From: an uncultured Methanosarcinales archaeon
Lineage (GTDB): Archaea; Nanobdellota; Nanobdellia; Woesearchaeales; GW2011-AR4
Length of the DNA: 64,000 bases
Assembly: GCA_964650285.1 (NCBI GenBank)
Contig: CAZYSP010000001.1
Coordinates: 13,169-77,168, forward strand
Direction: 5' to 3'
Below are positions 39,371-48,428 of this stretch, piece after piece (the stretch's first letter is position 1; each line of letters begins with the position of its first letter). The notes below the pieces were generated by a model. It was not told where the DNA came from. It saw only the letters and a program-made list of their open reading frames with translations, and ran no database searches. Both the position numbers and the translations under genes were made by a program.

Positions 39371-40246
39371 ATGCCTAAGTTAATGCAAAGAAAACCGGAT
39401 TGGTTCAAGATTAAACTGCCAACTGGAGAAAAGTATAGTGAAGTAAAAGGTTTAGTAAAGACAAATAGATTGAATACTATATGCGAGGAAGCTAAATGCC
39501 CAAATATTTCTGAGTGTTGGAGTCATGGAACTGCTACTTTTCTTATTTTAGGGCATGTTTGTACAAGATATTGCAGCTATTGTAATGTTAAGACTGGAAA
39601 ACCTTTAGATGTTGATGCTGATGAAGGAAAAAAAGTTGCTGACAGTGTTAAGAAACTGGGCTTAAGGTATGTTGTTGTAACTTCTGTAACAAGGGATGAT
39701 TTAGAAGATGGTGGTGCTTCATTGTATGTTGATGTAATAAAAGAAATTAAGAAAGTAAGCTCATGTAAAGTTGAGTTATTGATTCCGGATTTGAAAACAA
39801 AAGATGGAATTGATGTTGATGCTTTAAAAAAAATAATTGATGCAAAACCAGATGTTCTTGGTCATAATATTGAAGCAGTAAGAAGTGTTTTTTCAGAAGT
39901 AAGAAAAGGTGGTAATTATGATGTTTCATTGGAGTTATTAAAAAAAATAAAAGAAATTGATGCTGATATGAGAACAAAATCGGGGATTATGGTTGGTTTT
40001 GGTGAAAGTTTTGATGAGATTAAAGAAACAATGCAGGATTTAAGGGATGTTGGTGTTGATTTTTTAACAATAGGGCAGTATTTGCAGCCTTCTGAGAAGC
40101 ATGCTAAAATCATCAGGTTTTACAGGCCAGAAGAATTTGAAGAATTAAAGAAAATCGGTTTGGAAATGGGATTTAAGCATGTTGAAGCTGGGCCATTGGT
40201 TAGGAGCTCTTACAGGGCTGATAAGCTGAATTCATTGATACAATAA
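39371..40246 (+). CDS. lipA: Lipoyl synthase
   Basis: CEEAKCPNISEC and CTRYCSYC cluster motifs, TSVTRDDL, TIGQYLQP, PLVRSSY. Confidence 0.97.
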   Translation: MPKLMQRKPDWFKIKLPTGEKYSEVKGLVKTNRLNTICEEAKCPNISECWSHGTATFLILGHVCTRYCSYCNVKTGKPLDVDADEGKKVADSVKKLGLRYVVVTSVTRDDLEDGGASLYVDVIKEIKKVSSCKVELLIPDLKTKDGIDVDALKKIIDAKPDVLGHNIEAVRSVFSEVRKGGNYDVSLELLKKIKEIDADMRTKSGIMVGFGESFDEIKETMQDLRDVGVDFLTIGQYLQPSEKHAKIIRFYRPEEFEELKKIGLEMGFKHVEAGPLVRSSYRADKLNSLIQ

Positions 40247-40343
40247 AAAAATTCCAATAAAGTTAAGAAACATAATACTGATTATTTGATTAAGATAAAA
40301 ATTAATTTACAATTAGAAAATAAAAACGCAATAAAAATAAAAT

Positions 40344-40478
40344 AAAAAACATCATTACTGCGACGCAAAATGCTTGATTTATTAATAATAAAATTTCAAT
40401 GTCCAAAAGAAATAAAGTTAAAAATAAAATAATGAATTAATAAATAATTGTGAATCATAAGATAAAAATTAATGAAAA
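40344..40478 (+). repeat. CGACGCAAAA intercistronic element, copy B
   Basis: CGACGCAAAA at 40361; conserved block 40421-40470; ends at the next ATG. Confidence 0.8.
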
Positions 40479-41279
40479 ATGAAATGCAGATTTATTGATA
40501 CTGGGTTTAATGATGCTTTTTTTAATATGGCTATAGATGAGGCTATTTTGCATTATTGTAAAATTCCTGTTTTAAGGGTTTATGGCTGGAAACCTGCTGG
40601 AGTATCTATTGGATACAATCAGGATTTACATAAAGAAATAAACATTGATTACTGCAAAAAAAACAATATAGATGTAGTAAGGAGAGTAAGTGGTGGTAAA
40701 GCGGTTTTTCATGACAAGGAACTAACTTACAGTTTCATTATTCCAGAGAGCATTAATTTATTACCAAGAGAAATTAATGAATCATACAAAGAAATAGCAA
40801 AAGCATTGGTTTTGGCATTTGAAAAATTAGGCATTAAAGCGGAAATAAAAAAAATTCCAGAGAGGATTGCAACTTCTATATGCTTTAACAGCTCAAACTG
40901 GTATGAGTTGTTGATTAATGGGAAAAAAATTTCTGGTTCTGCACAAAGAAGGATGGATGGAAAGATACTGCAGCATGGCTCAATACTTTTAGATTTTGAT
41001 TATGAGAAAAATAGCTTGTTATTTAATTCTAATAATTTAATTGACAATATTAATAATTTAAGAAAAAGGATTACATCATTAAAAAAAGAATTGAATAAAT
41101 CAATAGATTACAGTGAGCTTGGTTCTGCATTAAAATCTGGTTTTAGGGAGAATTTTGATTTTGATTTAATTGATGATTCTTTAACAAATGAAGAGATTAT
41201 TTTGGCTGAGAAATTAAGGAAAGAGAAGTATTTGACAGAAGAATGGAATTACAAATTGATATGGGAAAATTTAATATAA
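40479..41279 (+). CDS. Lipoate-protein ligase / octanoyltransferase (LplA/LipM-like)
   Basis: NMAIDE, SIGYNQ, RRVSGGKAVFHD, CF, KKISGSAQ, QHGS. Confidence 0.92.
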   Translation: MKCRFIDTGFNDAFFNMAIDEAILHYCKIPVLRVYGWKPAGVSIGYNQDLHKEINIDYCKKNNIDVVRRVSGGKAVFHDKELTYSFIIPESINLLPREINESYKEIAKALVLAFEKLGIKAEIKKIPERIATSICFNSSNWYELLINGKKISGSAQRRMDGKILQHGSILLDFDYEKNSLLFNSNNLIDNINNLRKRITSLKKELNKSIDYSELGSALKSGFRENFDFDLIDDSLTNEEIILAEKLRKEKYLTEEWNYKLIWENLI

Positions 41280-41378
41280 ATTTTCCCTAGTTCAGTAAAG
41301 TTTTCACTACGTTCAAACTTTATAAACTAACAAAAACTATTTAAATAAAGTTGAATTTGGGTTTTTCAGGGTGGTTTA

Positions 41379-42680
41379 ATGTATGATATGATGGCTTCTA
41401 TTGAAAAGTCTGATTCTAAGGTATATGAGATTATAAAAAAAGAAGTTGAGAGGATGAAGAATGGTGTTGAGTTAATTCCTTCTGAGAATGTTGTCAGCAA
41501 AGCTGTGCTGCAGGCAATGGGTTCTGTTTTAACTAATAAATATTCAGAAGGCTATCCTCACAAGAGGTATTATGGCGGAAATGAGATTATTGATATGGCA
41601 GAAGACTTGGCTATTGAAAGAGCCAAGAAGCTTTTTGGAGCAGAGCATGTTAATGTACAGCCATATTCAGGAAGCCCTGCTAACCAGGCTGTTTTCTTTG
41701 CTTTGCTGAACTTAAAGGATACTTTTATGGGTTTTGACTTAAGCGCAGGCGGTCATTTAACGCATGGAAGCCCTGTTAATTTTTCCGGTAAAAACTATAA
41801 TTGTGTTGCTTATAATGTTGATAAGGAAACTGAGTTACTAGATTATGATAAGATTAAGAAGCAGGCAGAAAAAGTAAAGCCCAAGATGATTATTTCCGGG
41901 TTAACTGCTTATCCAAGGAAAATAGATTTTAAGGCTTTTCAGGAAATTTGTGATTCTGTTGGTGCTTATCATATGGCTGATATTGCGCATATAGCTGGAT
42001 TATGCGCTACTGGTGTTCATGAAAATCCTGTTAGGTATACTGATATTGTTACAACCACTACACATAAAACTTTGCGCGGTCCAAGAGGAGCAATGATAAT
42101 GTGCAAGATTGAGGATAAATTTGATAAGAATGGGAAGAAAAATCTTGCGCAGAAAATTGATTCTGCTGTTTTTCCGGGCTTACAGGGAGGTCCTCATGAC
42201 AATGTTAATATTGCAAAAGCAGTTGCATTTGGAGAGGATTTAAAGCCTGAGTTTAAGGTTTATTGCAGGCAGATTGTAAAAAATGCCAAGGTTTTGGCAG
42301 ATTCTTTGATGAGTAATGGTTTAGAGCTTGTAACTAACGGGACTGACAACCATCTGATGGTCATCAAGCTTGTAAACAAAGGTTTGACTGGTAAGGGGAA
42401 AGAGGTGCAGAATGCATTAGATAAAGCAGGAATAACTATAAATAAGAATACTGTACCATATGAGCCTGGAAGTCCGTTTCATCCTTCAGGAATAAGGTTA
42501 GGGACACCAGCTGTAACAACAAGAGGAATGAAAGAAAGTGAAATGAAAGTTATTGGTAAAAGCATAGCAAAAGTAATTGATAATTTAGATGATAATAAGG
42601 TTATTGGAAATGTTAAAAAGGATATACTGGAATTATGCAAAAGGTTTCCGCTTTATCCGGGATTTGATATTTTAAAATGA
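41379..42680 (+). CDS. glyA: Serine hydroxymethyltransferase
   Basis: LIPSEN, NKYSEGYP, GGHLTHG, TTTTHKTLRGPRG, FPGLQGGP, SGIRLGT. Confidence 0.98.
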   Translation: MYDMMASIEKSDSKVYEIIKKEVERMKNGVELIPSENVVSKAVLQAMGSVLTNKYSEGYPHKRYYGGNEIIDMAEDLAIERAKKLFGAEHVNVQPYSGSPANQAVFFALLNLKDTFMGFDLSAGGHLTHGSPVNFSGKNYNCVAYNVDKETELLDYDKIKKQAEKVKPKMIISGLTAYPRKIDFKAFQEICDSVGAYHMADIAHIAGLCATGVHENPVRYTDIVTTTTHKTLRGPRGAMIMCKIEDKFDKNGKKNLAQKIDSAVFPGLQGGPHDNVNIAKAVAFGEDLKPEFKVYCRQIVKNAKVLADSLMSNGLELVTNGTDNHLMVIKLVNKGLTGKGKEVQNALDKAGITINKNTVPYEPGSPFHPSGIRLGTPAVTTRGMKESEMKVIGKSIAKVIDNLDDNKVIGNVKKDILELCKRFPLYPGFDILK

Positions 42681-43519
42681 CTGCAAAAATAATTGATGGG
42701 AAGGCTTTGTCATTAAAGTTTCTTAATGATGTTAGGAAGAAGGCTGCTAATGTAAAACCCGGGTTGGCTATTGTTATTGTAGGGAATAATCCTGCTTCTG
42801 AGATTTATGTAGGCCTTAAGGAGAAAAAATCCAAGGAAATCGGATTTTATGTTGAAAGGTATAATCTGGATGAAAATGTTAAACAGGATGAATTGCTTAA
42901 GTTAGTTGATGAATTGAACCAGAACAGGAAAATAAATGGGTTTATTGTTCAACTGCCATTGCCTAAGCATATTGATGAGAATCTTGTAATTGATTCAATA
43001 CTGCCTCACAAGGATGTAGATGGATTTACTCCTGTTAGTTTAGGAAATTTGGTTAATGACAATAATTTATTACTGCCGGCTACTGCCAGGGCTTGTTTAG
43101 AGCTGATTAAGTCTACTGGTGTTGAGATTAAAGGCAAGAATGCAGTTGTTGTTGGCAGAAGCAATATTGTTGGAAAGCCAACTGCTTTACTTTTATTGCA
43201 GGAAAATGCTACTGTTACTGTTTGCCATTCAAAAACTAAAGATCTTAAGGAATTTACTAAAAATGCTGATATTCTGGTTGTTGCGGTTGGAAAAGCAAAG
43301 ATGCTCAAGAAAAACATGGTCAAAAAAGGTGCAGTAGTAATTGATGTCGGAATAAACAGAACTGCTTTTGGAATTGTTGGAGATGTTGATTTCGAAAACG
43401 TAAAAGAAGTTTCTGGTTTTATTACTCCGGTTCCCGGTGGAGTTGGACCAATGACAATTGCTATGCTTCTTGATAATACTTTGAAAGCTAGGGAGTTGAG
43501 GAAGGGGCTTAAGTTTTAG
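42677..43519 (+). CDS. folD: Methylene-THF dehydrogenase/cyclohydrolase
   Basis: VQLPLP, KDVDG, GRSNIVGKP, DVGIN, TPVPGGVGPMT. Confidence 0.97.
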   Translation: MTAKIIDGKALSLKFLNDVRKKAANVKPGLAIVIVGNNPASEIYVGLKEKKSKEIGFYVERYNLDENVKQDELLKLVDELNQNRKINGFIVQLPLPKHIDENLVIDSILPHKDVDGFTPVSLGNLVNDNNLLLPATARACLELIKSTGVEIKGKNAVVVGRSNIVGKPTALLLLQENATVTVCHSKTKDLKEFTKNADILVVAVGKAKMLKKNMVKKGAVVIDVGINRTAFGIVGDVDFENVKEVSGFITPVPGGVGPMTIAMLLDNTLKARELRKGLKF

Positions 43520-43537
43520 AGAAAAGAATTAATAATG

Positions 43538-43897
43538 TTAAGGTTTTAATACATATGAAGAGAAAGCTTTAGATATTCTGCTGTTATAAATGGTTTCAGA
43601 TAAAGAATTCAAAAATTTGCTTCTTGGTATATAATACCACTTACCACTCATTTCAAGTTTGTTCCATTTTTCTTTATCTGAATCTTTATCTGAATTCTTA
43701 TATGCAACCTCAAATCTAGCCAAACCAGTGTCTATACCTAATGAAGTAATTATAAATCCCAGAGTAAGATTATAATCACCATTTATGGCACTTGTAAATG
43801 ACAGTAACTTAGCAATATCTGAACCTATAGCAACAACATCTAATGCGCGTGTTCTAACAAAAGTCTCCAAGTTTGGTTTAGGTATTGGTATATTCAT
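43538..43897 (-). CDS. Orphan hypothetical protein inserted antisense in the folate/purine cluster
   Basis: 119 aa from ATG 43897 fills the folD-purN gap; TATA-like TTTAAATA about 25 nt upstream; no recognisable motif. Confidence 0.55.
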   Translation of the reverse strand: MNIPIPKPNLETFVRTRALDVVAIGSDIAKLLSFTSAINGDYNLTLGFIITSLGIDTGLARFEVAYKNSDKDSDKEKWNKLEMSGKWYYIPRSKFLNSLSETIYNSRISKAFSSYVLKP

Positions 43898-44009
43898 TTT
43901 AATATGAGGTAATCCTACTGAATATTTAAAATTATTGAAAACTACTTTATCAAATTCCACCCCCAAAACCTTTATAAACTTCCATAATTTCTCTTTATTA
44001 CCGGTGGTT

Positions 44010-44654
44010 GTGTTGTTAAACATCGGGGTACTGGCATCTACGAGGGCAAGTGATTTGCAGGCTATAATTGATGCTATAGAAGCCAAGGAGCTTAATGTCA
44101 AGATTTCTGTTGTTGTTTCTGATAAGAAAGATGCTTATGCTCTGGAAAGGGCTAAGAAGCATGGTATTGAGGCTGTTTTTATTGATGCCAAGGCAGAAGA
44201 TATTCTTGCTGTTAAGGATAAAGAGGAAAGAAGAGAGGCTTTTGACAGAAAAGTTGCAGCAGAACTGGAAAAACATGATGTTGAGCTGATTCTGGCTATT
44301 GGCTATATGAGAATCATAGGCCAGTGGCTTGTGGATAAATTCAGAAACAAGATAATAAATATTCATCCTTCTTTACTGCCGGCATTTGCAGGCGGAATGG
44401 ACAAGGATGTCCACAAAGATGTTCTTGAATCAGGTGTAAAGGAAACAGGATGTACACTGTTTTTTATTGATGAAACTGTTGATGCAGGACCGGTAATATT
44501 CAAGAAAAAGGTTGATGTAGAAGAAAATGAAACTGTAGATACATTAAAAGAAAAAGTGCAAAAAGCAGAGCAGGAAGTACTAATAAGGGCAATAAAATTA
44601 TATGATGGAGGAAAGCTAAAAGTTGAGAATGGCAAGGTGGAAATTGTAGAATGA
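44010..44654 (+). CDS. purN: Phosphoribosylglycinamide formyltransferase (start GTG 44010 or TTG 44013)
   Basis: LASTRASDLQA, GYMRII, INIHPSLLP, TGCT, DAGP; SD GGTGG. Confidence 0.95.
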   Translation: MLLNIGVLASTRASDLQAIIDAIEAKELNVKISVVVSDKKDAYALERAKKHGIEAVFIDAKAEDILAVKDKEERREAFDRKVAAELEKHDVELILAIGYMRIIGQWLVDKFRNKIINIHPSLLPAFAGGMDKDVHKDVLESGVKETGCTLFFIDETVDAGPVIFKKKVDVEENETVDTLKEKVQKAEQEVLIRAIKLYDGGKLKVENGKVEIVE

Positions 44655-46156
44655 AAACAGCATTAATATCAGTCTCAAACAAAACAGGCATTGTGGAATT
44701 TGCCCGCGGCTTAAAAAAATCAGGAATAAAAATACTGTCAACAGGCGGAACTGCTAAATTACTGAAGAAAAACAACATCAAAGTAACGCAGATTTCTAAA
44801 TACATAAGAAGCAAGGAAATGTTTGAAGGGAGAGTAAAAAGTTTACATCCAAAAATATATGCAGGAATCCTAGCTGTAAGAAAAAACAAAGAACATATGA
44901 AGGAATTAAAAAACAACAATATTGATCCAATAGACATTGTTGTTGTAAATCTTTACCCTTTTGAGGAAACTGTTGGGAAAAAAGCATCTTTTAAGCAAGC
45001 AATTGAAAATATTGACATTGGAGGCCCAACTTTAGTAAGGGCTGCTGCAAAAAACTTCCAGGATGTCGCAATCGTAGTTGATCCGGATGATTACAACGAT
45101 GTATTAAGAGGAAAAATAAGCAAAGAAAATCTGGCTTTAAAGGCTTTTGAGCATACTGCAAGGTATGGTGCAATAATAAACAATTATTTCAACAATAAAT
45201 TCGGGAGGAAATTCCCGGACACATTAAACTTAACTTTCAAAAAAGTGCAGGACTTAAGGTATGGTGAAAATCCGCACCAAAAAGGAGCCTTCTATAAAGA
45301 CCCTTTCATAGATGAATGCTGCATAACAAATGCAAAGCAGCTGCATGGGAAAGAATTATCTTACAATAATCTCTTAGACATGGAAAATGCTTTTGAATTG
45401 ATTAAAGAATTTACAACACCTAGTGTGGCTATAATAAAACACAATAATCCGTGCGGAATTGCTTCAAGAAAAACAATTAATGAGGCGTATAAAGCAGCAT
45501 TGGAAGCCGATCCGTTATCTGCTTTTGGCTCAATAGTAGCTTTGAACAGGAATTGCGACAAAAAAGCAGCCGAGGCAATAAAGCCCCATTTTGTAGAAGT
45601 GGTTATCTGCCCTAAATTTGATAAATATGCCTTAGACATATTAAAACAAAAAAAGAATGTAAGGCTTATGGAAACTGGTTCAATAACAAAGCCGTGTCCG
45701 GGTTATGCTATGACAAAAGTAACTGGGGGCTTGCTGATGCAGACAAGAGACCATATGAAGATATCTGAAAAAAATCTTAAGGTTGTGAGCAAAAGGAAGC
45801 CAACCAAAAAGGAAATAGAAGATATGATTTTTGCATTTAAGGTAAACAAGCATGTTAAATCCAATTCAATAGTTTTTGTAAAAAATAATGTAACAACGGG
45901 CATTGGTGCAGGACAGACATCAAGAGTGGATGCTGTTAAGATAGCTGCAGATAAATCTAAAGGTGCATCAAAAGACTCTGTAATGTCATCTGATGCTTTT
46001 TTTCCATTTAGGGATGGAATTGATGAAGCGGCAAAAGCCGGAATAACAGCAGTAATACAGCCAGGAGGCTCTATAAGGGATAAGGATGTAATAGATACTG
46101 TCAATGAATATAATATGGCAATGGTATTTACAGGCATCAGGTTGTTTAGGCATTAG
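44651..46156 (+). CDS. purH: Bifunctional AICAR transformylase / IMP cyclohydrolase
   Basis: ALISVS, STGGT, GRVKSLHP, IDIGGP, LRYGENPHQ, KHNNPCG, SDAFFPF, PGGS. Confidence 0.98.
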   Translation: MKTALISVSNKTGIVEFARGLKKSGIKILSTGGTAKLLKKNNIKVTQISKYIRSKEMFEGRVKSLHPKIYAGILAVRKNKEHMKELKNNNIDPIDIVVVNLYPFEETVGKKASFKQAIENIDIGGPTLVRAAAKNFQDVAIVVDPDDYNDVLRGKISKENLALKAFEHTARYGAIINNYFNNKFGRKFPDTLNLTFKKVQDLRYGENPHQKGAFYKDPFIDECCITNAKQLHGKELSYNNLLDMENAFELIKEFTTPSVAIIKHNNPCGIASRKTINEAYKAALEADPLSAFGSIVALNRNCDKKAAEAIKPHFVEVVICPKFDKYALDILKQKKNVRLMETGSITKPCPGYAMTKVTGGLLMQTRDHMKISEKNLKVVSKRKPTKKEIEDMIFAFKVNKHVKSNSIVFVKNNVTTGIGAGQTSRVDAVKIAADKSKGASKDSVMSSDAFFPFRDGIDEAAKAGITAVIQPGGSIRDKDVIDTVNEYNMAMVFTGIRLFRH

Positions 46157-46189
46157 ATTTATATATAACATATTTTTTTCTTTGGTAAA

Positions 46190-46450
46190 ATGGGCGAAAA
46201 AAAATATATATTACAGCATGACAGGCCTAATTGCATTGGATGTGGAGCTTGTGAGGCAGTTGCTCCTGATTTCTGGGAGATGAATGATGATGGCAAGTCT
46301 GATATCAAAGGGGGCAAACATCTTGACAATGAATGGCAGGAGCTTGAGATTGAAGAAAAGGACCTTGCAATAAATAAAGATGCAGCAGACTCATGCCCGG
46401 TTAATGTCATACATATAATCAAGAAGGGCAGTAAGGAGAAGATAATTTAA
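46190..46450 (+). CDS. Ferredoxin (single cluster)
   Basis: CIGCGAC...CP motif. Confidence 0.9.
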   Translation: MGEKKYILQHDRPNCIGCGACEAVAPDFWEMNDDGKSDIKGGKHLDNEWQELEIEEKDLAINKDAADSCPVNVIHIIKKGSKEKII

Positions 46451-46504
46451 TTATTATTTCTGATTATAAAAACCTTAATAAATACATGTAGCTTATTTGT
46501 GAGT

Positions 46505-46696
46505 ATGAAATGCCCTAAATGCAAATCAAGTAATGTAAAGATAGTTGATTATCTTAGTGCTAAGTGTATTAAATGCAATGATTGCGGTTTTGATGAAACT
46601 AAACAATATGATGTTTATCCTGAAGAAAAGAAATCACAAAAAGAGAAAGGAAAATACACACCGTACAAGGCCGGGGGATTTAAACGCACAAAATGA
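46505..46696 (+). CDS. Small zinc-ribbon protein
   Basis: CPKC...CNDC; ATGA overlap with ispH. Confidence 0.7.
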   Translation: MKCPKCKSSNVKIVDYLSAKCIKCNDCGFDETKQYDVYPEEKKSQKEKGKYTPYKAGGFKRTK

Positions 46697-47601
46697 ATAT
46701 TATAGTTGCAAAGCATGCAGGATTTTGTTCTGGAGTTAAGAATGCAATAGATACAGCAGAAGAAGTTGCATCAGGGAAAAACGAGATTTATGTTTATGGG
46801 CAGCTGGTGCATAATGAAAGGGTCATCAGGGATTTAGAGAAAAAAGGGATAAAATTTGCAGATGATATTGAGGATATTCCTGAAAATTCTGTTACAGTGC
46901 TCAGGGCACATGGCGAACCCGGAACAACTTATGAAAAATTAAAGCAGAAGAATATTTTTGGTGATAAGCTTAAGGATGCCACATGCCCTTTAGTAAAATT
47001 AGTCCATAATGTTGCAATTAAACTGAAAGATAATGGCTATGAGGTAATAATATTCGGCAAGAAAGACCATCCGGAATCTATAGGCATAAGCTATTACATA
47101 AAAGGAAAAGATACATTAATTGTTGAAAATCCTGAAGATGCGTCTTCTGTTGTTGAGTACATAAATCAGCTTGAAAAAGCTGCTATAATTTCACAAACAA
47201 CAATGTCTGTTACAGGCTATAAGCAATTGATAGACAATATTAACAGGTTGTCTGATAAAAAATTTGAGCAATTGCATTTAAGCCTTAAAGATATTCGAAA
47301 TAATTTTGTTTTTGTGGATACAATATGCAATCCTACCAAGCAAAGACAATCAGATACAGAAGATATTGCAAAAAAGGCGGATGTAATGATTGTTATTGGC
47401 AGTAAAAAATCAAGCAATTCAAAAGAATTAGCAACAAAAAGTGAAGAGTTGGGTGTAGAAACTTACTTTATACAATCTTCAGAGCGGTTGAAAAAAGAGT
47501 GGTTTGAAAATAAAGAAAATGTTGGTGTTACTGCAGGAGCTTCTACTCCTGATATTACTATTAATGAGGTTGTTGAGAAGATAAAGAAGCTTACTTTGTA
47601 A
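46693..47601 (+). CDS. ispH: 4-hydroxy-3-methylbut-2-enyl diphosphate reductase
   Basis: GFCSGV, LVHN, RAHG, DATCPLV, HPE, QTT, DTIC..T..RQ, SSNS, GVTAGASTP; three Fe-S Cys present. Confidence 0.95.
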   Translation: MNIIVAKHAGFCSGVKNAIDTAEEVASGKNEIYVYGQLVHNERVIRDLEKKGIKFADDIEDIPENSVTVLRAHGEPGTTYEKLKQKNIFGDKLKDATCPLVKLVHNVAIKLKDNGYEVIIFGKKDHPESIGISYYIKGKDTLIVENPEDASSVVEYINQLEKAAIISQTTMSVTGYKQLIDNINRLSDKKFEQLHLSLKDIRNNFVFVDTICNPTKQRQSDTEDIAKKADVMIVIGSKKSSNSKELATKSEELGVETYFIQSSERLKKEWFENKENVGVTAGASTPDITINEVVEKIKKLTL

Positions 47602-48046
47602 AGAATCCAGCTCTTTCAGGATCAAATTTCCATTCAGAAGCAAGCTTTCCTGTTTGTTTGTAATGCTTTGTCAGTGATTTTATCTTTGATTCTGTTAGTA
47701 TAAGACCATGTTTTGCTGTTTCATCTTTATGATTTGTTTCTAAATGCTTTCTTATTGCAACAGATCTTCTTATTAAAGATAATAAATCATCTGGAAGTTC
47801 AGGAGCTATTTTCTTTTCTTTTAATACAGCAGATATTTTTTTCTTGCACAAAAGCCTTACATCAGGAATTCCATAAGTATCTCTCAGCATAATACCTATT
47901 TCAGAAGAATTTTTGCCTTCTTTTGCTAATTTGACCATTAAAAGCTCAACTTCACTGGGCTTGTACCTTAGCCATACAGGCAAAACTTTCTTAATTGGCT
48001 TTTTAGAGCCACTTTTGCCATGTTTTTTTGAATATTTCCTTGCCAT
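47591..48046 (-). CDS. rps15: 30S ribosomal protein uS15 (archaeal)
   Basis: MARK..GKSGSKKP, IG.MLRDTYGIP, PDDL, RKHL..N.KD, L.ESKI. Confidence 0.96.
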   Translation of the reverse strand: MARKYSKKHGKSGSKKPIKKVLPVWLRYKPSEVELLMVKLAKEGKNSSEIGIMLRDTYGIPDVRLLCKKKISAVLKEKKIAPELPDDLLSLIRRSVAIRKHLETNHKDETAKHGLILTESKIKSLTKHYKQTGKLASEWKFDPERAGFFTK

Positions 48047-48066
48047 TTTTATTAAACAATTATTAC

Positions 48067-48167
48067 GGAAACAAAAGAGAATTATTTTGTCTCCAGCATA
48101 GACAAGCTAGTGAATTCAAATTCGCCAGAATTTATGGCGAGCCACTAACCGATCTATCTCTTGATGG
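48067..48167 (-). promoter_or_regulatory. Structured 5' leader of rps15 (candidate r-protein leader)
   Basis: Minus-strand helices ATAGAT/GTCTAT, GGTTAGTGG/TCACTAGCT, TCGCCA/TGGCGA, GGAGACAAAA/TTTTGTTTCC; TATA at 48188-48195. Confidence 0.6.
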
Positions 48168-48208
48168 AATTTGGAATTATTAGGGGGTTTATAAATGTTA
48201 TTGAAAAG

Positions 48209-48312
48209 TAGCCCTGCCAGGACTTTCAAGCCATACCTTGCAAGATAACGGCGTTCGAACCTGGGTCTCCGGCTCCAAAGGCCGATATCCTTGACCGCTA
48301 GACTACAGGGCT
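48209..48312 (-). tRNA. tRNA-Gln(UUG) with 31-nt intron at position 59/60 (48223-48253)
   Basis: Acceptor AGCCCTG/CAGGGCT, anticodon arm TCGGC-CTTTGGA-GCCGG, T arm CCAGG-TTCGAA[intron]T-CCTGG; TATA about 25 nt upstream; CCA not encoded. Confidence 0.92.
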
Positions 48313-48428
48313 GTAAGTTAATGACATCAAAGCTGATTTATAAAATTATCTATGGAGGGATTTTGATGTAGACCAAAAACAAGTGCTGAAGTAGTTAATG
48401 CTTATAGAATATTTTTAATATCTAAGCC

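Noticed and set aside
43898..44101. Long N-terminal extensions of the 43538..44101 and 43935..44654 ORFs
   Set aside because: They overlap each other and both promoters; TATA and SD positions support starts at 43897 and about 44010.
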